A stretch of DNA of 64,000 nucleotides from the NCBI RefSeq assembly GCF_009914755.1, contig NC_060945.1. One strand, written 5' to 3'. The notes under the pieces are model-generated. The model was not told where the DNA came from, ran no database searches, and saw only the letters and a program-made list of their open reading frames with translations. The stretch is from the human T2T-CHM13v2.0 reference genome, Homo sapiens. Below, in pieces: positions 62,942-64,000 of the stretch (position 1 is its first letter; each line of letters begins with the position of its first letter). The translations under genes and the position numbers were made by a program.

Positions 62942-63309
62942 TAGGATCAATGCTATGATTAAAGAGTTAATATATGCAAGACACTTAGGACAAGCTGTAC
63001 AAAGTGGGTGCTACAGAAGCATTAGCTATTGCATGGTGGTGGCTGTGCGATTGTACTATTGGATAGAGTCAAGGGGTCTGGTTCTCAACCTTGATCTGCA
63101 TTAAGCAGCTATGGACAAGTTGCCCCCACTGCCCCCCACCACCAAGGGACAGATTCCTCACTGAAAATAAAAAACAAAAAACAGAACAAAACAAAACAAA
63201 ATCAGAATTGATTTTGGCCCCTTGAGAGACTGAACACATGTTCTAGTGTCACTACCATTTTTCAAAATGGTTTTGTGGAATTCCGTTTTGCCCACGGAAT
63301 TCATCATGT

Positions 63310-64000
63310 TTTTTTTTTTTTTAACAAAAATCAACTTTTTATTTTGCAATAATTGAAGATTCACAGAAAAGTTACAAAGATAGTATAGAGAGTCCCCAAA
63401 TACCCCTCATCCAGTTTCTCCCATTGTTAGCATCTTATATAATCCATTACATTTGTCAAAATGAAGGAAGTGGCATTGGGTTACTACTATTAACTAAACT
63501 CCAGACTTTACTTGGGTGTCGCTAGTTTTTTCCTTAATGTCCTCTTTCTGTTCCAGGATCCAACTCAGGGTACTCAATTGCATTTAGTTGTTATGTCTTT
63601 ACAGTCTCCTGTGGTTTGAAGCAATTGGTCAGTCTTTTCTTGCTTTTCATGACCTTGAGAGTCTTGAGGAGAACTAGCCCAGTATCCTATTGAAGGTTCC
63701 CCCGTCTGGGTTTGCCTGTTGCTTTCATCATGAATAAACTTGGGTTATGGATTTTTGTTAAGAATGCCATAGAGGCGAAGTGTCCTTTTCATCACATCAT
63801 ATCAGGGAGTACATGATAGCCAGATGATATTACTTATGGTATTGACCTCAGTTAAGGAAGAGTTTACCTTAACCATCACTCATTTAAGGTGGAGTTTCCC
63901 AGGTTTCTCAATTGCAAAGCTTCTATTTCTCCCTTTCTCTAGTCTTTGGAAGTAAGTCACTAAGTCTAGCCTACCCTTAAGGTGTGGGAGGGATTGAGTG
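63310..64000 (-). mobile_element. Old L1M-type 3' region
   Basis: agattcacagaaaagttacaaagatagta...cattgcatttagttgttatgtc. Confidence 0.7.

Overview
Primate (almost certainly human) genomic DNA containing the 3' half of HUNK (hormonally up-regulated Neu-associated kinase, an AMPK/SNF1-related kinase; chr21q22 from recall) on the + strand. Seven GT-AG coding exons splice into one continuous frame: 9035-9162, 18444-18579, 24733-24895, 33712-33795, 40315-40362, 45950-46130 and 48708-49366. They total 1399 nt and run from kinase subdomain IX through the UBA-like region to the stop (...GVKTQC*). A ~4.9 kb 3' UTR follows with several poly(A) signal candidates. The rest is intron and downstream sequence rich in Alu, L1, L2, MIR, MaLR/ERVL LTRs and hAT fossils, and nearly all ORFs in the supplied track are repeat-derived or spurious. 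The most striking observation is a ~96-bp CpG-decayed fragment of an aminergic GPCR coding sequence (TM3-DRY-ICL2, best matching HTR6 from recall). It sits inside an Alu, in the same orientation, just upstream of the first HUNK exon in the window. Other notable items are a 71-bp-arm fold-back with G-U-biased mismatches, an Alu with an internal inverted duplication, an inverted Alu pair in the 3' UTR straddling a candidate proximal poly(A) site, and a promoter-like motif cluster in an intron. Repeat boundaries and subfamily names are approximate (recognised by eye), and exon numbers come from recall.
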